NCBI RefSeq assembly: GCF_964204645.1
Contig: NC_134028.1
Coordinates: forward strand, 22,068,345 to 22,132,344
Length of the DNA: 64,000 nucleotides
Direction of reading: 5' to 3'
Source: Tubulanus polymorphus
Taxonomy: Eukaryota; Animalia; Nemertea
Shown: positions 1 to 12,640 of the stretch, piece by piece
How positions within the stretch are numbered: the first letter of the stretch is position 1
How the letters are laid out: every line of letters begins with the position of its first letter
Made by a program: the position numbers and the translations under genes
The notes under the pieces: generated by a model
What the model was told of the DNA's origin: nothing
Databases searched by the model: none
What the model saw: the letters and a program-made list of their open reading frames with translations, nothing else

Positions 1-1019
1 TCAGATAGTAGATAAGTAAGTTGTAATCGTAGACAAGCTTGTGCTCAGCCATGCATGACTTATTTTTGCATTTCAACATTTTATCCTCGAGCAAACAGCC
101 ACGACTAACCGACCCCAAAAAAAAAAATTATTTCAATTGAACGATTACGATGAACACATTTTTGAGTATATCGCAAATGCCAAGTCACGTTAGTTATTTG
201 TGACGACGTATGCCAAAACGAACTGGGAGCCTGATCGGGATATTCGTAGTAAAAAAATATATAAAACTATAAATAGGACATTGCGAAAGTTCATAGAGGT
301 ATCATTTTGATTTTGAAATCTCGAAGATACGAATCGTTCTCAAAGCGTAGATTTCATAGGTCCGTGTATGTCCGCGATCATACGAGCATTTTAGGCCCGG
401 GCCAAATTTGGCCTGGAAGAACCTATCACGCGGTTCATCGCGTCAATGGCACACAGGGTTGCAGTGTGCGTACGTACGTATATCTATCTCGCTCGGCAAT
501 CATCGTGTGCGCCTTGAAAAAATAACGGATTTCGAAATGCGAATTAATACAGCGCTGTTAAAGACATATACAAACCATCTCAACGCGCGATATATTGAAA
601 GCAATTATCGGTAACGTTATCTGAAGGGTTATTTTAACAAGAATTCATTGGTCTGATTCTAAGTTTATAGTACGAGAACTAACGGATAACGACGGGAAAT
701 GGTTATTCGGAAAATGTCGTTGCCAGTGCCCTTCTGGAGATATACTCGAGCTGTCGCGTTTTATTTGACGCAATAATACGAACAAACAGCGACCGGGCAC
801 TTAAGTTGATTAGGAAATCTGCTTTCGGCATCGAGAAATTCGTTTCCGCGCTGACCACATTTCGAAAAGACAACTCGAGAGCTGCGTTTACGTCGAGGAA
901 TCGTTTCGAATCCTTAGTTATTGAATTGGCTATATGAAACGAGAAACTAAAGACCGGTCTGAAAGGCTAAGCCTCTCGATAGTGCAGTTGGAAAAACCAC
1001 TGCGCGCCACGCTGGGCAT

Positions 1020-1245
1020 AATCAGCAGGTTCCCCCTGACCTACTGAGCACGACCCAGGAGTATTAGCAGTTTCCCCTTAACCCACCGAGCTCTACTCAG
1101 GAGCAGTATCAGCGAGTTCCCTTCAACCCTCCGAGCTCCACTTAGGAGCAGTATTACCAGGTTCCCCTCAACCCACCGAGCACGACTCAGGAGCAGTATT
1201 ACCGGGTTCCCCTCAACCCACCGAGCACGACTCAGGAGCAGTATG
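1020..1245. repeat. Tandem minisatellite, ~45-bp unit (CCAGGTTCCCCTCAACCCACCGAGCACGACTCAGGAGCAGTATTA), ~5 degenerate copies
   Basis: GCAGTATT recurs at 1148 and 1193 (period 45); units are contiguous with no unique spacers. Confidence 0.85.
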
Positions 1246-2281
1246 GCCCTGTCAGTCGTGTGCTTTAACGGTACACCTATACATTAATGTAACTTGACTC
1301 GTATTGGAAAAACTCTTCATCCAACCAAAAAGCATTAAAAAAGTGCGACGAAGATTTCAAAACATTAAAAACCACACTTTACTATTTATGTCGAATGTGT
1401 CGGCTCACCGTTTGGGATAATAACGGTATAACTATCGATGGTTTCGTTTCGTAAGAGACTCGTCGTACGAGTTTTAGGTTTTTGCCTCTTTAAATAGAAA
1501 ACGTATAAACGAAGCGACGAGATCTCGCGTTCGGCGGATGTCGATGCGCACGCGCGCTCAGTCGACAGATACCGGGCGATCAATCATTGCCAAACATATG
1601 AACGTCAAAAGATACGGCGACGACAGGGCGGCGGGGGGTAGGAGGGAGGATATCTGTACTGATCTGTATTGTGTAATGACGCGTGTAAACGGGATGAGTC
1701 AATCGTTCACCCGTCGCGCTTCAATCAAAGTCGCGTCATCGGGTAATCGATCTATATCGACTCATCAGGCAGATTCACCCGCTCCCAGTTATATCGGCGC
1801 CACTTTTCGGCTAATTCATCGATTTAGAAGCGCGCGCGTTTGCAGTTTACGAAAAACCGATCGAGAGAACGACATTGCTCGAACATCGTTGATAAAACCG
1901 AGTAGTTCAGAATACGATTTACAAACGACTTCCTTAATCGGATTTTTCGAGTTTATGGGCGAGTCTTACAGTTGTTGTGATTTACGCAAATGAGAGAGTG
2001 TTGAATTGATTCCTTCTTTCAGCATGCGCAGAGATTCACGACAACGAAACCGTAAAATGTTCAAGACCAGTTTCCCGAGGCTGGTGGAGGAGCAAAGAGA
2101 CCACAATTAGATAGACGAATCACTTATGAAATGCAGTCATTTAAAATGTACTTGTTGTCACGACGGAGCCGATTGTGTCTGATTATCATGTGCCCGCCGC
2201 ATGGTGATAAAATATTTACAGTCCTCCTACTTCCCCCATCTTTTTCATCACGACCAATCCCTGCTTACGGCGGAAAAATAC

Positions 2282-2515
2282 TAGCCGTGATCACACGAGC
2301 GTTTTTGGCCGGGAACAGCACTGTTCATATGGGCCCCGGGCCAGATTTGGTTTCGTTTTCAGTCGGGCCAAGCCCGAGTCAGATTTCAGCACGGGACAAT
2401 TATTAATGATTGCGTTTGAAATACTGGTTCCGGAAATGACTCACTTCGCTTTTTTAAAAATTGTTTTGTATCGAGTGAGCGGTTTACACGTGAGCGCGCT
2501 CTCTGATTAGGCACG
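2282..2515. mobile_element. Partial copy of MITE family A (AGCCG[C/T]GATCACACG terminus)
   Basis: Colinear with the 5716-6081 element: terminus, GGCCCG/CCAAAT motifs, ATGATTGCGTT, CACTTCGCTTT. Other fragments at ~373-440, ~14212-14260, ~38010-38200, ~53415-53472. Confidence 0.7.
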
Positions 2516-3088
2516 AGATCAGCGGAAAGGCAGGTCATCAGAAGATCATCACCGATACTTAAGTTTTAAAGTTTTTGTCAGAGTTAGCTAAAAGTCGCAC
2601 GGAGTTAGCCATGTCCGAGCCAGGCGAGGTATACTATATAGATACCGTGTTCATAATCGTATATATTTGTTATTTAAAGCTGATATAAAGAAATAGTCGA
2701 TATTGAAACCCGTTTATGTCAAGCGCAGAAAGCGGAACTAAAAACGTCCGTGAAAACCGCTGTAAAGTTTTGTACACGTTTGCGCGTGCAGCAACGGCGA
2801 TCGATAACGCGACCGCGTGAATAAAGGGACCAGTATATGAATAAACGGCACAGCTATAAACATGAATATTGTACGACTTATAATGTATTTTATAGTCATG
2901 CGTACAAAACTATGAAATCCATTCGTCAATTGAAACTTGAATGAAATCTACATTTTTTGGTCGAAGAATGATTATCGACCTAGTTGGCTCGTCGATGAGA
3001 AGTATGTGTCACTATCCAAATTGAGATTTTACGTCAATTGGCGAGGAACACATATTCGAATCTGTGTATTTGTGTTTCGATTTTGACA

Positions 3089-4332
3089 ATGAGAATGAGT
3101 AGGGGCAGTTGGAGTACGAGGCGCCTTGTCGCGCTTTTTATCGCTATCTGTTTCGCCGGTCGAGGTGAGAGTTCTTTCTTTTATTATCAAAGATTGTCAT
3201 TCGCTGTCGAAAAAAGATATCGACGACGATGCGTATTTATGCATCGGTAAAGCGAAAGTCCGAGCAGCCCCATCATTACAATCGAATTATCGTTTGGAAA
3301 CGAGTCCCGGTGGTGTGAACCTATACGGCACCAGGCGCAATGACGTCGACGTCTTTGTGGTGCGAAGCCATCCTTAGATGGCGATATGATTGAAACCACA
3401 ATCTAATATCAACTTATCAATAAGCTCTCTTAAATGTTCTCTAATGTCCGAAATGACAGAATATAAGAACGCCGTTGTTGAAATTGATTCGCTCGATTTT
3501 CCAAAATTGAATAGAAATGTCTTACTGTCGTCTTTTTAAAATATACTCTCTTTCAGTAATAGCGGATGAAACTCCTGGCTCAACCGATTCGCTTGGCGCA
3601 CAGGAAGAAGATCCTACAACGGCGTCGATCTCGGCGTCTTTCGACTCGACTACCGCGCCCCAAAAGTCAACACCGTTAGCCACTACTAACATCGCAGTAT
3701 CAACGAAATCGTCGACAACTAAACCGATTAAGACCACAGCAACTAGTACCGCACCGAACACGAGTACCGCACCGAGCACGAGTACCGCAGCAAGCACGAG
3801 TACCCCAGCAAGCACGAGTACCGCAGCAAGCACGAGTACTGCACCGAGCACGAGTACCGCAGCAAGCACGAGTACCGCAGCAAGCACGAGTACCCCAGCA
3901 AGCACGAGTACCGCAGCAAGCACGAGTACCCCAGCAAGCACGAGTACCCCAGCAAGCACGAGTACCGCAGCAAGCACGAGTACCTCAGCAAGCACGAGTA
4001 CCCCAGCAAGCACGAGTACCCCAGCAAGCACGAGTACCACGACAACAAGTCAGAAATCTTCGATCCCCGGTTCAAGTAGGAGTATTACACCAGCACCAAC
4101 TCATACCTCATCGCCGGCGAATGTAACATCGACTACTCAAACACTGCCGCCGGCCGCGTCTACTTCTCGATTCGATTCGGGATCGTTCGTTGGTGGAATC
4201 GCGCTCGGGGCTTTCGTCGTCGCTTTTCTGTTGATCGGACGTAAATTGTACGCGATGCACAAGTCGAGGCGATACCGCACTCTGCTAGAGGAGACGGGAT
4301 TCAATCTTGATCCGTCTGAACCGTTCGGATAA
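3089..4332 (+). CDS. CD164/porimin(TMEM123)-like type-I membrane sialomucin; 2 coding exons, 3089-3164 and 3557-4332
   Basis: Exon 1 encodes a signal-peptide-like segment (MRMSRGSWSTRRLVALFIAICFAGR) ending G|gtgaga. The acceptor tttcag|TA joins in phase 1 (G+TA=Val). Then follow a Ser/Thr-rich mucin stalk, the FDSGSFVGGI motif typical of the CD164/porimin family, one TM helix and a cytoplasmic YRTL (YxxPhi) motif. AATAAA at 4375. Confidence 0.85.
3745..4038 (+). repeat. Coding 18-bp VNTR (AGCACGAGTACC[G/C]CAGCA) encoding STSTAA/STSTPA, ~16 units
   Basis: Directly visible; in frame within the mucin exon. Confidence 0.95.
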
Positions 4333-5715
4333 CGACGAACAGCTCGACGAACGAACAACACCGAACCCTGATCGAATAAACGCTAAAAAAACAACAACAA
4401 TATACGAGTTGGGCTGAAAAATGATATCTTGTTTTACCGGTAATCGGCCGGGTCATTTTGGTTACTGCGATAGAATTTGTAATCGGTTCATTTCTATAGC
4501 TGCCGGGTCTGTTATTGAAAGCTCGATAGATAGGCAACTGTATGTACAGGATATGTACTCTATGTACAGGATAGATAGGCGGCAACTTTTAAGCTCAGCA
4601 GATATGAGAAACAATGTATCAATGTTTTGCCTTACATGCAAGTTAAGGATAAAAAACGACTCAAATGGAATTATCCTTCTCAGACGACCTTTCGGGTTTT
4701 TTTTCACTGCCCAAAACCAACGCGCACGGAAGGAAAATCAACTCTAAACAAGAAACATAAACATTTCAAGCCCTGTTTTGCTTGCCGCGTGTGAAACTCT
4801 ACTGTTTCAGGTTTCGCTGAAGTACTGTCGGTGTGGCGAAATCTATTTGAGAACGTTATTATTTTGTCAGCGCCCCGTGCCTTTGGGTGCTCTGTCCGGT
4901 CTGAAGACATTGGTCGGTTTATTTCTATAAGATATTTCATTGCTTTTCGTGTGGCCGAGACAAAAAAATAATGCCCTCACAAATCCCCCTGCACATCGCT
5001 TCGCGGCCAAAGGCAATCTCGATGGGAGAATATTTGCCGGGGCAATTTTGCGATGGGTATAATTTGACTAGGGGGGTGATTGTCGGGGGGGGGGACTATA
5101 GACCGTTGACCTGATACAGTCACGATATAGTAAAATTTTGTTATGAAAGTTGTAATACTTTGACAATAAAGTTGGTCTATATTGACGACCAATTCGTACA
5201 AATAAAACGATTAATTGAAAATATTTGACGCGCGAGCTTTCGCTTCGTGAATCGCCCGATGAAGCTACCATACACTAACCGCAGGCTTATGCGTCAAATA
5301 AACTGACGTTAACCTTTAAAATACTACTCATCTCTCCGTACTTGAAAATAGCGTGTTTTAATCGTATATTCCCACTGTATGTACTTATAACTAATTCGCC
5401 TGAAATCTATTTTCAACCATATTTTGAAATCGTGTGTAATTCACTGTACACGTCTAATCTTGAATAATAAACGTTGCTTTTTCTTTCTATGAAATTGTCG
5501 CTAATTAGTTCCGACTATTATCAGTGTGACTCTTGAGCACGTGGTTTTAAAGGATTTCCAGACGGAAGAACCAGTCTAGCATCATCAACGAATAAAAGCG
5601 CCCGGAGCACTTCGAACATAAATTAGCAATTCAAAATCGCGTCGTTAAAACAAACATGAATCAGATTTCGTCGTTTTGGTGCGTGTCTCCTGTGTCTCAC
5701 GCGCGGAGACACATT

Positions 5716-6081
5716 AGCCGCGATCACACGAGCATATTTGGCACGGACAAAATTCGGCCCGTGCCAAATTTGGCCCGGAAACAACTGTTCACACGGGTGC
5801 CAAATCGGACCGGGCCTGTTTGGCCCCGGCCAAATTTGGCCCGACCGAAAACGTTGAGACAGGCCCAAGCCAAATTTTAGCACCAGACAAATGATTGCGT
5901 TTAGTTTTTGAATTGCAACTAGCACCAGAAATGATCCACTTCGCTTTGTTTGAGCATTGTTTAGTCTCGAGTGAATGGTTTGTGTGTGAACGCGATCTCT
6001 AAGTTGGCACGGGCCAAATTTGGCCCGAGCCTGATCCGTGCCAATTTGGCCCGGGCTAAATTGTCTTCGTGTGATCACGGA
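5716..6081. mobile_element. Near-full-length MITE family A (non-autonomous DNA transposon, possibly PIF/Harbinger-like)
   Basis: Imperfect TIRs AGCCGCGATCACACG...CGTGTGATCACGGA, internal palindromic GGCCAAATTTGGCC motifs, at least 5 other copies in the window, no transposase ORF. Confidence 0.75.
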
Positions 6082-6167
6082 TATTAAACGCCAGGCGGTA
6101 TAATGCAAAGGTGCACGGTAATAATGCCCGCAGTAAAAATGCATACATAACGTGACGAGTAGTATTA

Positions 6168-6490
6168 AGGCGGGCGTAGGTCGGCCTTGCGACGGCTTGC
6201 GACTCACTGCGACCGCCAGCGACGATCGCGTCGCAACGACTCACCGACCTACGCTACCTTGCGACTGTCAGCGACGGGTTGCGACTGCCAGCGACGCCAG
6301 TCGCAATGAGTCGCACATGTTTTACTTTCTGCGACGCGACGCGACCGTCGCAACCGACCTGCGTGCTGTTGCGACTGGCAGCAACTAGTCGCACACAGTC
6401 GCTGACAACCGCATCGCAACCGACTTGCGCGGCCACTTGTGACGCAACGCGACGATCGCGTCGCGTCGCAAGGCCGACCTACGCCCGCCT
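6168..6490. mobile_element. Palindromic MITE with perfect ~26-bp TIRs and TTA target-site duplication (PIF/Harbinger-type)
   Basis: tta|AGGCGGGCGTAGGTCGGCCTTGCGAC...GTCGCAAGGCCGACCTACGCCCGCCT|tta; internal GCGAC/GTCGC repeats; a lone right TIR occurs again at ~32389-32411. Confidence 0.85.
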
Positions 6491-6508
6491 TTATATAGGT
6501 AAACTTTT

Positions 6509-6604
6509 TATTTGACGCACAAGCTTTCGCTACTAATGTGGCTTCATCGGGTGAATGAACATGAAACACCTACACATTAATAGCGAATGCTCGTGCGTCA
6601 AATA
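6509..6604 (-). ncRNA. Degenerate minimal hammerhead-like motif (family 2) with an inverted partial mirror copy
   Basis: Minus strand: cac-CCGATGA-a-gccac-atta-gtagc-GAAA-GCTT-gtg (U4->C, one stem II mismatch). Related copies at ~5222-5300, ~8463-8505 and ~63832-63845. Confidence 0.4.
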
Positions 6605-9600
6605 GATATCCTATATAGTACCATTCGTCTCGTTATTTATTCATTCTAAGCCCGGTTAACGGGGCCAGATTCTGGAACAGGGTAAGCGCAAGCCTCTTAT
6701 GCCCCCAATCTCCATCAACTTTAAAAAAAAGTCTTCACACGGCTACTCTACGAATCCATATCACACAGGAAGTGATAATTATGTGATGCATCAAAAACCT
6801 TCTATTCTGAATTCGATATACTAGCCGCTATCGTCAGTTTTAGGGAAATAGCGCATGCGCATTGACGACGAGTTCAGCGCGAAGGGTACGGAGTTCCTCG
6901 CACATGAGAGCGTTGGCCTACTGCGTCGAAAACTATCAAAACATGTTAGATATTTGGCGTACGAAAAAATGCGTTGAGCTACCCGCACAGGAGCCGAAAA
7001 CTGCGCTGCGCACTTTGCGTCCGTATTATTCGGCTCGAGTGCGGGGCCTTAAGAAATGAAGGGCCCGAAAGTCTCAATGTACAATAGAACCTGTGCTGGT
7101 TTTGAAAACGTTCCGCGACGCAATAACACCAGACGAATATTGGCCGCCAGCCTCCGGGGGATGAAGGCAACGTATCGACATTTCTGCGCGAATTGATGGC
7201 GCCCCGCAAAACGTCACGAATTCAAAACACGTGTCGAAAACCGATTCGAACCTAATTTGCATTTCGTTCGTCGAATCGTGTCGGTGAAGATAGAACGCGA
7301 CGGGGGAATGGCTGATTGATCGGAAACAACGGACTAACAACAATATAATAGGTTTCATACAAAAACCAGTCGTTCCCGGCCTTAAGGAAATCAGTACTTC
7401 CCGAAAGTTTATATACGTGTGCTGGTCGGTGCGAACCGGCTACTAATTGAGAGGTTTAGACATCGAAAATACCCAAAAAGGACAGACTTTTGAACTGTAT
7501 GCAGAAAGATTGAAACCGAATTTCATTTTGTAACGGTGCGTAATGAAGAACTCTTTAACGATATTATCAAAATATTCCCCCACCATTAGAAACCTCGACG
7601 AGGACAAGACCAATTTAAACTACTTTACTTTCTTCCCAACCAGTTATTAGCCGGAAATTGATATTGGCGAATTGGTAGATCAGGGGTTTAAGGCCTTGGA
7701 TATCTATTTCCATATCCACCTCCTATGAGTAAAAATTGAATTTTGGAAAATTGAAAAACACTGGTTTGGTTACTTGCAATTAAATGTTAATTATCTTTTT
7801 CATAACTATTCTATGTACAAATTTTATACATTATCTCTTTTATTTTCCAATTTTACATAATCCGCAATCGTGTTTTAAGATTCTATGATGAATGGATATT
7901 GAATTGAATTGAATTGAATAAAGAAGTTTCCAGTTTCTAGGCGCCATTTTGTGGCGGTCCCTCGAGGTCCCCATTGTTGCGATGATTTGCGCTCATTTTT
8001 AAAACATAAGTTTAGATTGAATATCATATAGTTCTGCAGCCCCTTGCTCGACGAAATCAATTTATACACCATTTTAAAGGAAATGAAATGCAGATATTTG
8101 CTGGCGATTCTTGGAATTTTTGAACGCAAAAATTGAGAACAGTGACGATGTGAAACCAAGGACCGCATATCTTAACCGTGCGTAAAAGAAACCGCAATAT
8201 CTATTAATTTTGAAATATCTAAGTATCTCTTGAAGCTTTATTTCCAATTTTCACAGAGGTTAAAGGGGGTAATTTGCAGTTAGACAAGACACTTAGACAA
8301 GGAAAAAAATGAGTACGAGTCTGGGACATTATGAAGGGATACAGTAATAGACAATAATGATACCACGAGTTGGTAAAGGAGCCGTGTTAACCCGTGGTAT
8401 CAAACCAATAAACACGAAAACAGGTAGTCACTGTGTAGGTTAACTGATTTTATTAAAATATTACGAGCTTTCGCTACAAGTCCATAAAGTAGTTTCGACA
8501 GGTCAATGAGTGAACGGATAAACAACAGTGTTCATTGACTTTACTCGTTTATCCGACGAAGCACGTGATTTCTGGTGAAAAATAAGTCAGGCTCAGCTGT
8601 TTTCACGAGTAATCCCTATATCAACATTTCTGAAGATTTTTAAATATGGAAAACATATCTATCTATTCTAAATTGGACATATTTTATCGCATACTTTATG
8701 ATGGACGTTCCTTAATTTCCCCGGTGGGAATAAATAGTATTCGGATGATGCAGTCTTTCTCAATTTATGGTTTTCCAGATAGAAATGCTCATGTCTATCA
8801 CCCGCAGAACCATATGAAGTAACAACCTATACACGTATTTGTCGATTGTGTGATTTTTTTTCAAAGACGTCGACGAAAATGTAAAAATTCCTGGCTGAAT
8901 TCAGGATTCTACCAATGACAAAGATTATCGCGTGTTCCCAACGACTTGCAACGTTGATTATCTGGAATTCTCGGAATATTTCCAAGATACCAATTCTATG
9001 GAACAATCTGAGTTCATGTTGTAACGGTTATACAGAATCAGACATTAATAATGATTGGAAAAAAATGTCCGAAATGTTCCGACCCGAGCCATATGAACGT
9101 ATGTTAGATACATTGTACGTTCACCTTGAACTTATATCTATTCGACGTTTCGACTATAAGTTATCATCACAATACTTGGTTACTTTTTCGTCCTCGCGAC
9201 AAACTCCGATTGCCCCGCAATTTGATTGAATTCAGTACGATATTTAGTCTGTTTGCCGATGAAGCATTTTTTCGATGATCGCTTAGAATTGAAAATGACA
9301 AAATTCGTTTTCACTTTCAGCGCGTTACATAAAGAAAATATCATTCACAATTTCGTCGAAAGATTTTATGCAGTGCTATTTCGGAATCTGCGTAGGATTT
9401 GGCTAATTCGCCGGGGAAATGTCTGTCATTGCAGATTAGATAGTAAATCGGAAACGTTAAAATGTCGACATCGAAATCTCCCCGTATACAAACAAGACCC
9501 GATTCTTGACGCGACGGTAACACATTTCTATGAAATGAAATGCGACGCACGGAAAGCCGTGCGCTCTGAGAATAGGTAGCAGTTACATCTAAAAGTTATG

Positions 9601-10697
9601 AGTATAATCATGCAAATATACTGTTTCACTATTCACCTGAAAAAAGCTAGAATTAAAATCCAATTCAAAAGAGTGAAATTTGTTTATCAAGAATACAATC
9701 AAAAGTTAAAGATGTATAATTTGAATCTAATAGGGAAGTTTCCGGTTATCAGGAGCCATTTTGTTTGTTGCAGCAGAGAAAAATGAAACGAACGCCTCCA
9801 TAAATAGAATATGTCAGCTGTCAAACGATACTTAACTATGATTTTTGTGGCAAAATGGGAATGGGCGACAATAAATCGCGATAAAGGCTTTAGTGTAAGA
9901 AATGTTAAAATCTGCCCAACAATGCGGGACCTCAAAATGACACCTGGTGATTGAAAACTTCAATATTCTTGATAAATTTAGATTTTCGCATAAAATGTAT
10001 TTTAACCCTATCATCCATTCTTTACGCATTGGTTAACGGGAGATCCTATTCGCTGGAACTAAAAATCCGCGATTCAGCATTTGCCAAGAGTTTAATTCAA
10101 TGGGTACAATTTTTTATAAATATTCATCTGATTTTTATTACGCTAGCCGGTTTTCTCGGAATCGACGAATTAAGACGGCAGAACCGTGGATGTGGAGATT
10201 GTTTCGTGAATTGAGTCCCCGGCAGAGATTGCAGAACAAATCGGATCAGTGATGTGTGCTCTACTCACGCGGGATGTTTGCCAATTATAAATTTTTCAAT
10301 AACAATCTCCCGGTTCGAAATCGATAAAGATCTAGAGAGGATAGGCCACACAGAATTCGAAAAAATGAAATCATGATCGCGTTTTAGTTTATAGATTTTC
10401 TTGCTTTTTTAGATTGAATTCACGCGAGTTCGAACATACACAAAGCTATCTGAATTAGCTTAGGATTACCGACTAGAAAGTAAATATGTCACCGATTACA
10501 TTAGATTTGAATGTGTCAAGCACAAGTGGAACGACGTCGAAATGAATCTCAAAATTACGCGCGGAAGTAATCTTTTGATGAATACATATTTGCACGTGAT
10601 GTGGCATATGAATTTGAATAAATATTAAACACGGTAGGATTTATAGGTCCATTTGATAATATAGATATATGTTTATCAGCAGAATACTTTACAACAG

Positions 10698-10758
10698 GTC
10701 CTCCGGCGCAACGACCCAAACAACCTCGAGGTACCGGGTTCGAATCCCAGTGAGGATG
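10698..10758 (+). pseudogene. Degenerate tRNA-like sequence / SINE head
   Basis: B-box GGTTCGAATCC inside a T-arm and acceptor-like gtcctc...gaggat pairing; D and anticodon arms are broken. Confidence 0.45.
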
Positions 10759-10948
10759 AATTCTATACATATATCACAATATTTTGCTAAATAAAATGCT
10801 TCGAAATGTGCTCATTCTAATATAGCTTTTTATGCCTCCTCGCGACGAGCGGTGGCATATACTGAACCTAACTCACTGGATTTTCTAAAGAATATTTTCA
10901 AATCCCTTCCAGACGCTGATAATTCTTCGATATATATATATACATTAC

Positions 10949-11097
10949 CTGAGATTTAGACTGGCGAGACTGTTACGACGGACCATCACCGACGGTTCGT
11001 CCTCGACCAATTCACCACCACCCAAACTGTTCTCGTCCATGTGTCGTAGATATCCTCCCGAGATCATCGTCGCCGTGGTCTCGCCTCCGCGAAGCAT
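10949..11097 (-). CDS. Candidate first coding exon of an unidentified minus-strand gene: MLRGGETTATMISGGYLRHMDENSLGGGELVEDEPSVMVRRNSLASLNL (phase 2)
   Basis: GC-rich open frame from ATG to CAG|gtaatg donor; 149 nt = 49 codons + 2; contains an RRNS PKA-type motif. Confidence 0.6.
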
Positions 11098-12514
11098 TCA
11101 AAAAACCCGAATTATTTAGACGATTTAATTTATTCCCCCGGCGTGAACTATTCGCCAACGCGCGTCATCTCCAAAAACTATGATACTGTTAATCTATCTA
11201 CGAAGCGAGCGCGGGAGACAAGCGCTTACAACGCGAACCGTTCAAAGTGTCTGCATTTTTTGCGAGATATCAGTTTTTCAGTGTCCATACTTGTCGCATT
11301 GAATAGATCACCGCGACCATACCGACAACTTCGAATTCACCGTGCAGATTTTCTAATCGCGATTTAAATCACAACGGTTCCCTGTGATTAGCATCCTTAT
11401 TTGTCTGCTGGATAATGTGTTTATTGTGAGCGCGCTTTTTGGCGACGCATACACGTCAGACTTTCGACTAATACGCAAGAACGCGTGGCTGCTCGCGGCC
11501 GCTTCACCGTATCCAACATCTCAACTACCTCGACTCTTGACTACCAGGGGTTAAAGCATGTCTTAGCGACGTTTTAAGCGCCATATCTGTGTACACTGGG
11601 TACTCAAACATGTTGATCCAACGAAAATCTGATTGACTGGGGTGATTCTTATCAGTGTATAGTGCCATAATCGGTGCTGATATAAGGAAAATGTTTAATG
11701 GCTCACGACGCCAATGGCACATCATCATCCACGCACCCGCAACATTAATTCCGCTCACGAAGATTTAATTTATTTGTTCAATGGGATCGTATTTGAAATA
11801 TTTTCGCTGAGAGATTGATTATGTGTGCGCCAACGTCCCAATTATCCCCATGCGATCCGTTTTTGGAAGATAAATGCTATTGAGAGTTGCAGAACAAACT
11901 GGAAAGTTTGCGCGCCGTAGCGCGTCTCGGGTCGAGTGGAGCGTGTCGATATCACCGAAAAATGTCCAAATCCAACCATTTGTTACATTTACAACTTGAG
12001 AAAATACATATATTTCGTTATACACGGCTGCATTTCTAGACAGCATGAATGATTTATACACGCCCGGCGTCTACGTGAATGGGCTGGAATTATAGCAGTT
12101 TGCAAAAAAACAACAGTACGAAACCATTAGATGTATATACATATAGACGTGTATTGTGCAACAATTATCCTCAACGCCTCTAAGAAACCTTTCACGTGTG
12201 AAAGGGAGAGGTTTTCTAGAAGGATTTTATGGCTTCCATGCGCTGATACAGGATTTCTAAAAGGGATATTCACGGATCTGGACCGATTTTTAAAAAAAAG
12301 TTTTTTTCTTGCAGCATTTGAAACAACTGGCGATCTTTCCAATACATTACTAGTGTATATAATTTTAGTAAATTCCTACATATTTTAGACCTTCTTTGCA
12401 AAAATACGGAGGCGATGGGCTCATCAATTTGCTACTGCTCCGCTAATGACTTCAGTTAATTTTGTGTAGTTTTGACAACATTGTTCCGCAGAGTATGGAC
12501 TGATGACAACGTTT

Positions 12515-12640
12515 ATGTTATATTATGTCTTATTTTGTTATGTTAAATTATGTCTTATTATGTTATGTCATGATATTTTATGTCATGTCTTATAATGTTA
12601 TGTTATATTATGTCTTGTTATGTTATGTTTTGCTGTATTA
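12515..12640. repeat. Degenerate (TTATG)n microsatellite
   Basis: Directly visible. Confidence 0.85.

Noticed and set aside
1020-1245. CRISPR-like appearance of this repeat and of the 58915-59635 array
   Set aside because: Contiguous units without unique spacers, no cas genes, eukaryotic context.
3522-4075. Minus-strand ORFs with VLVLAA and YSCLLR repeats
   Set aside because: Antisense shadows of the 18-bp mucin VNTR.
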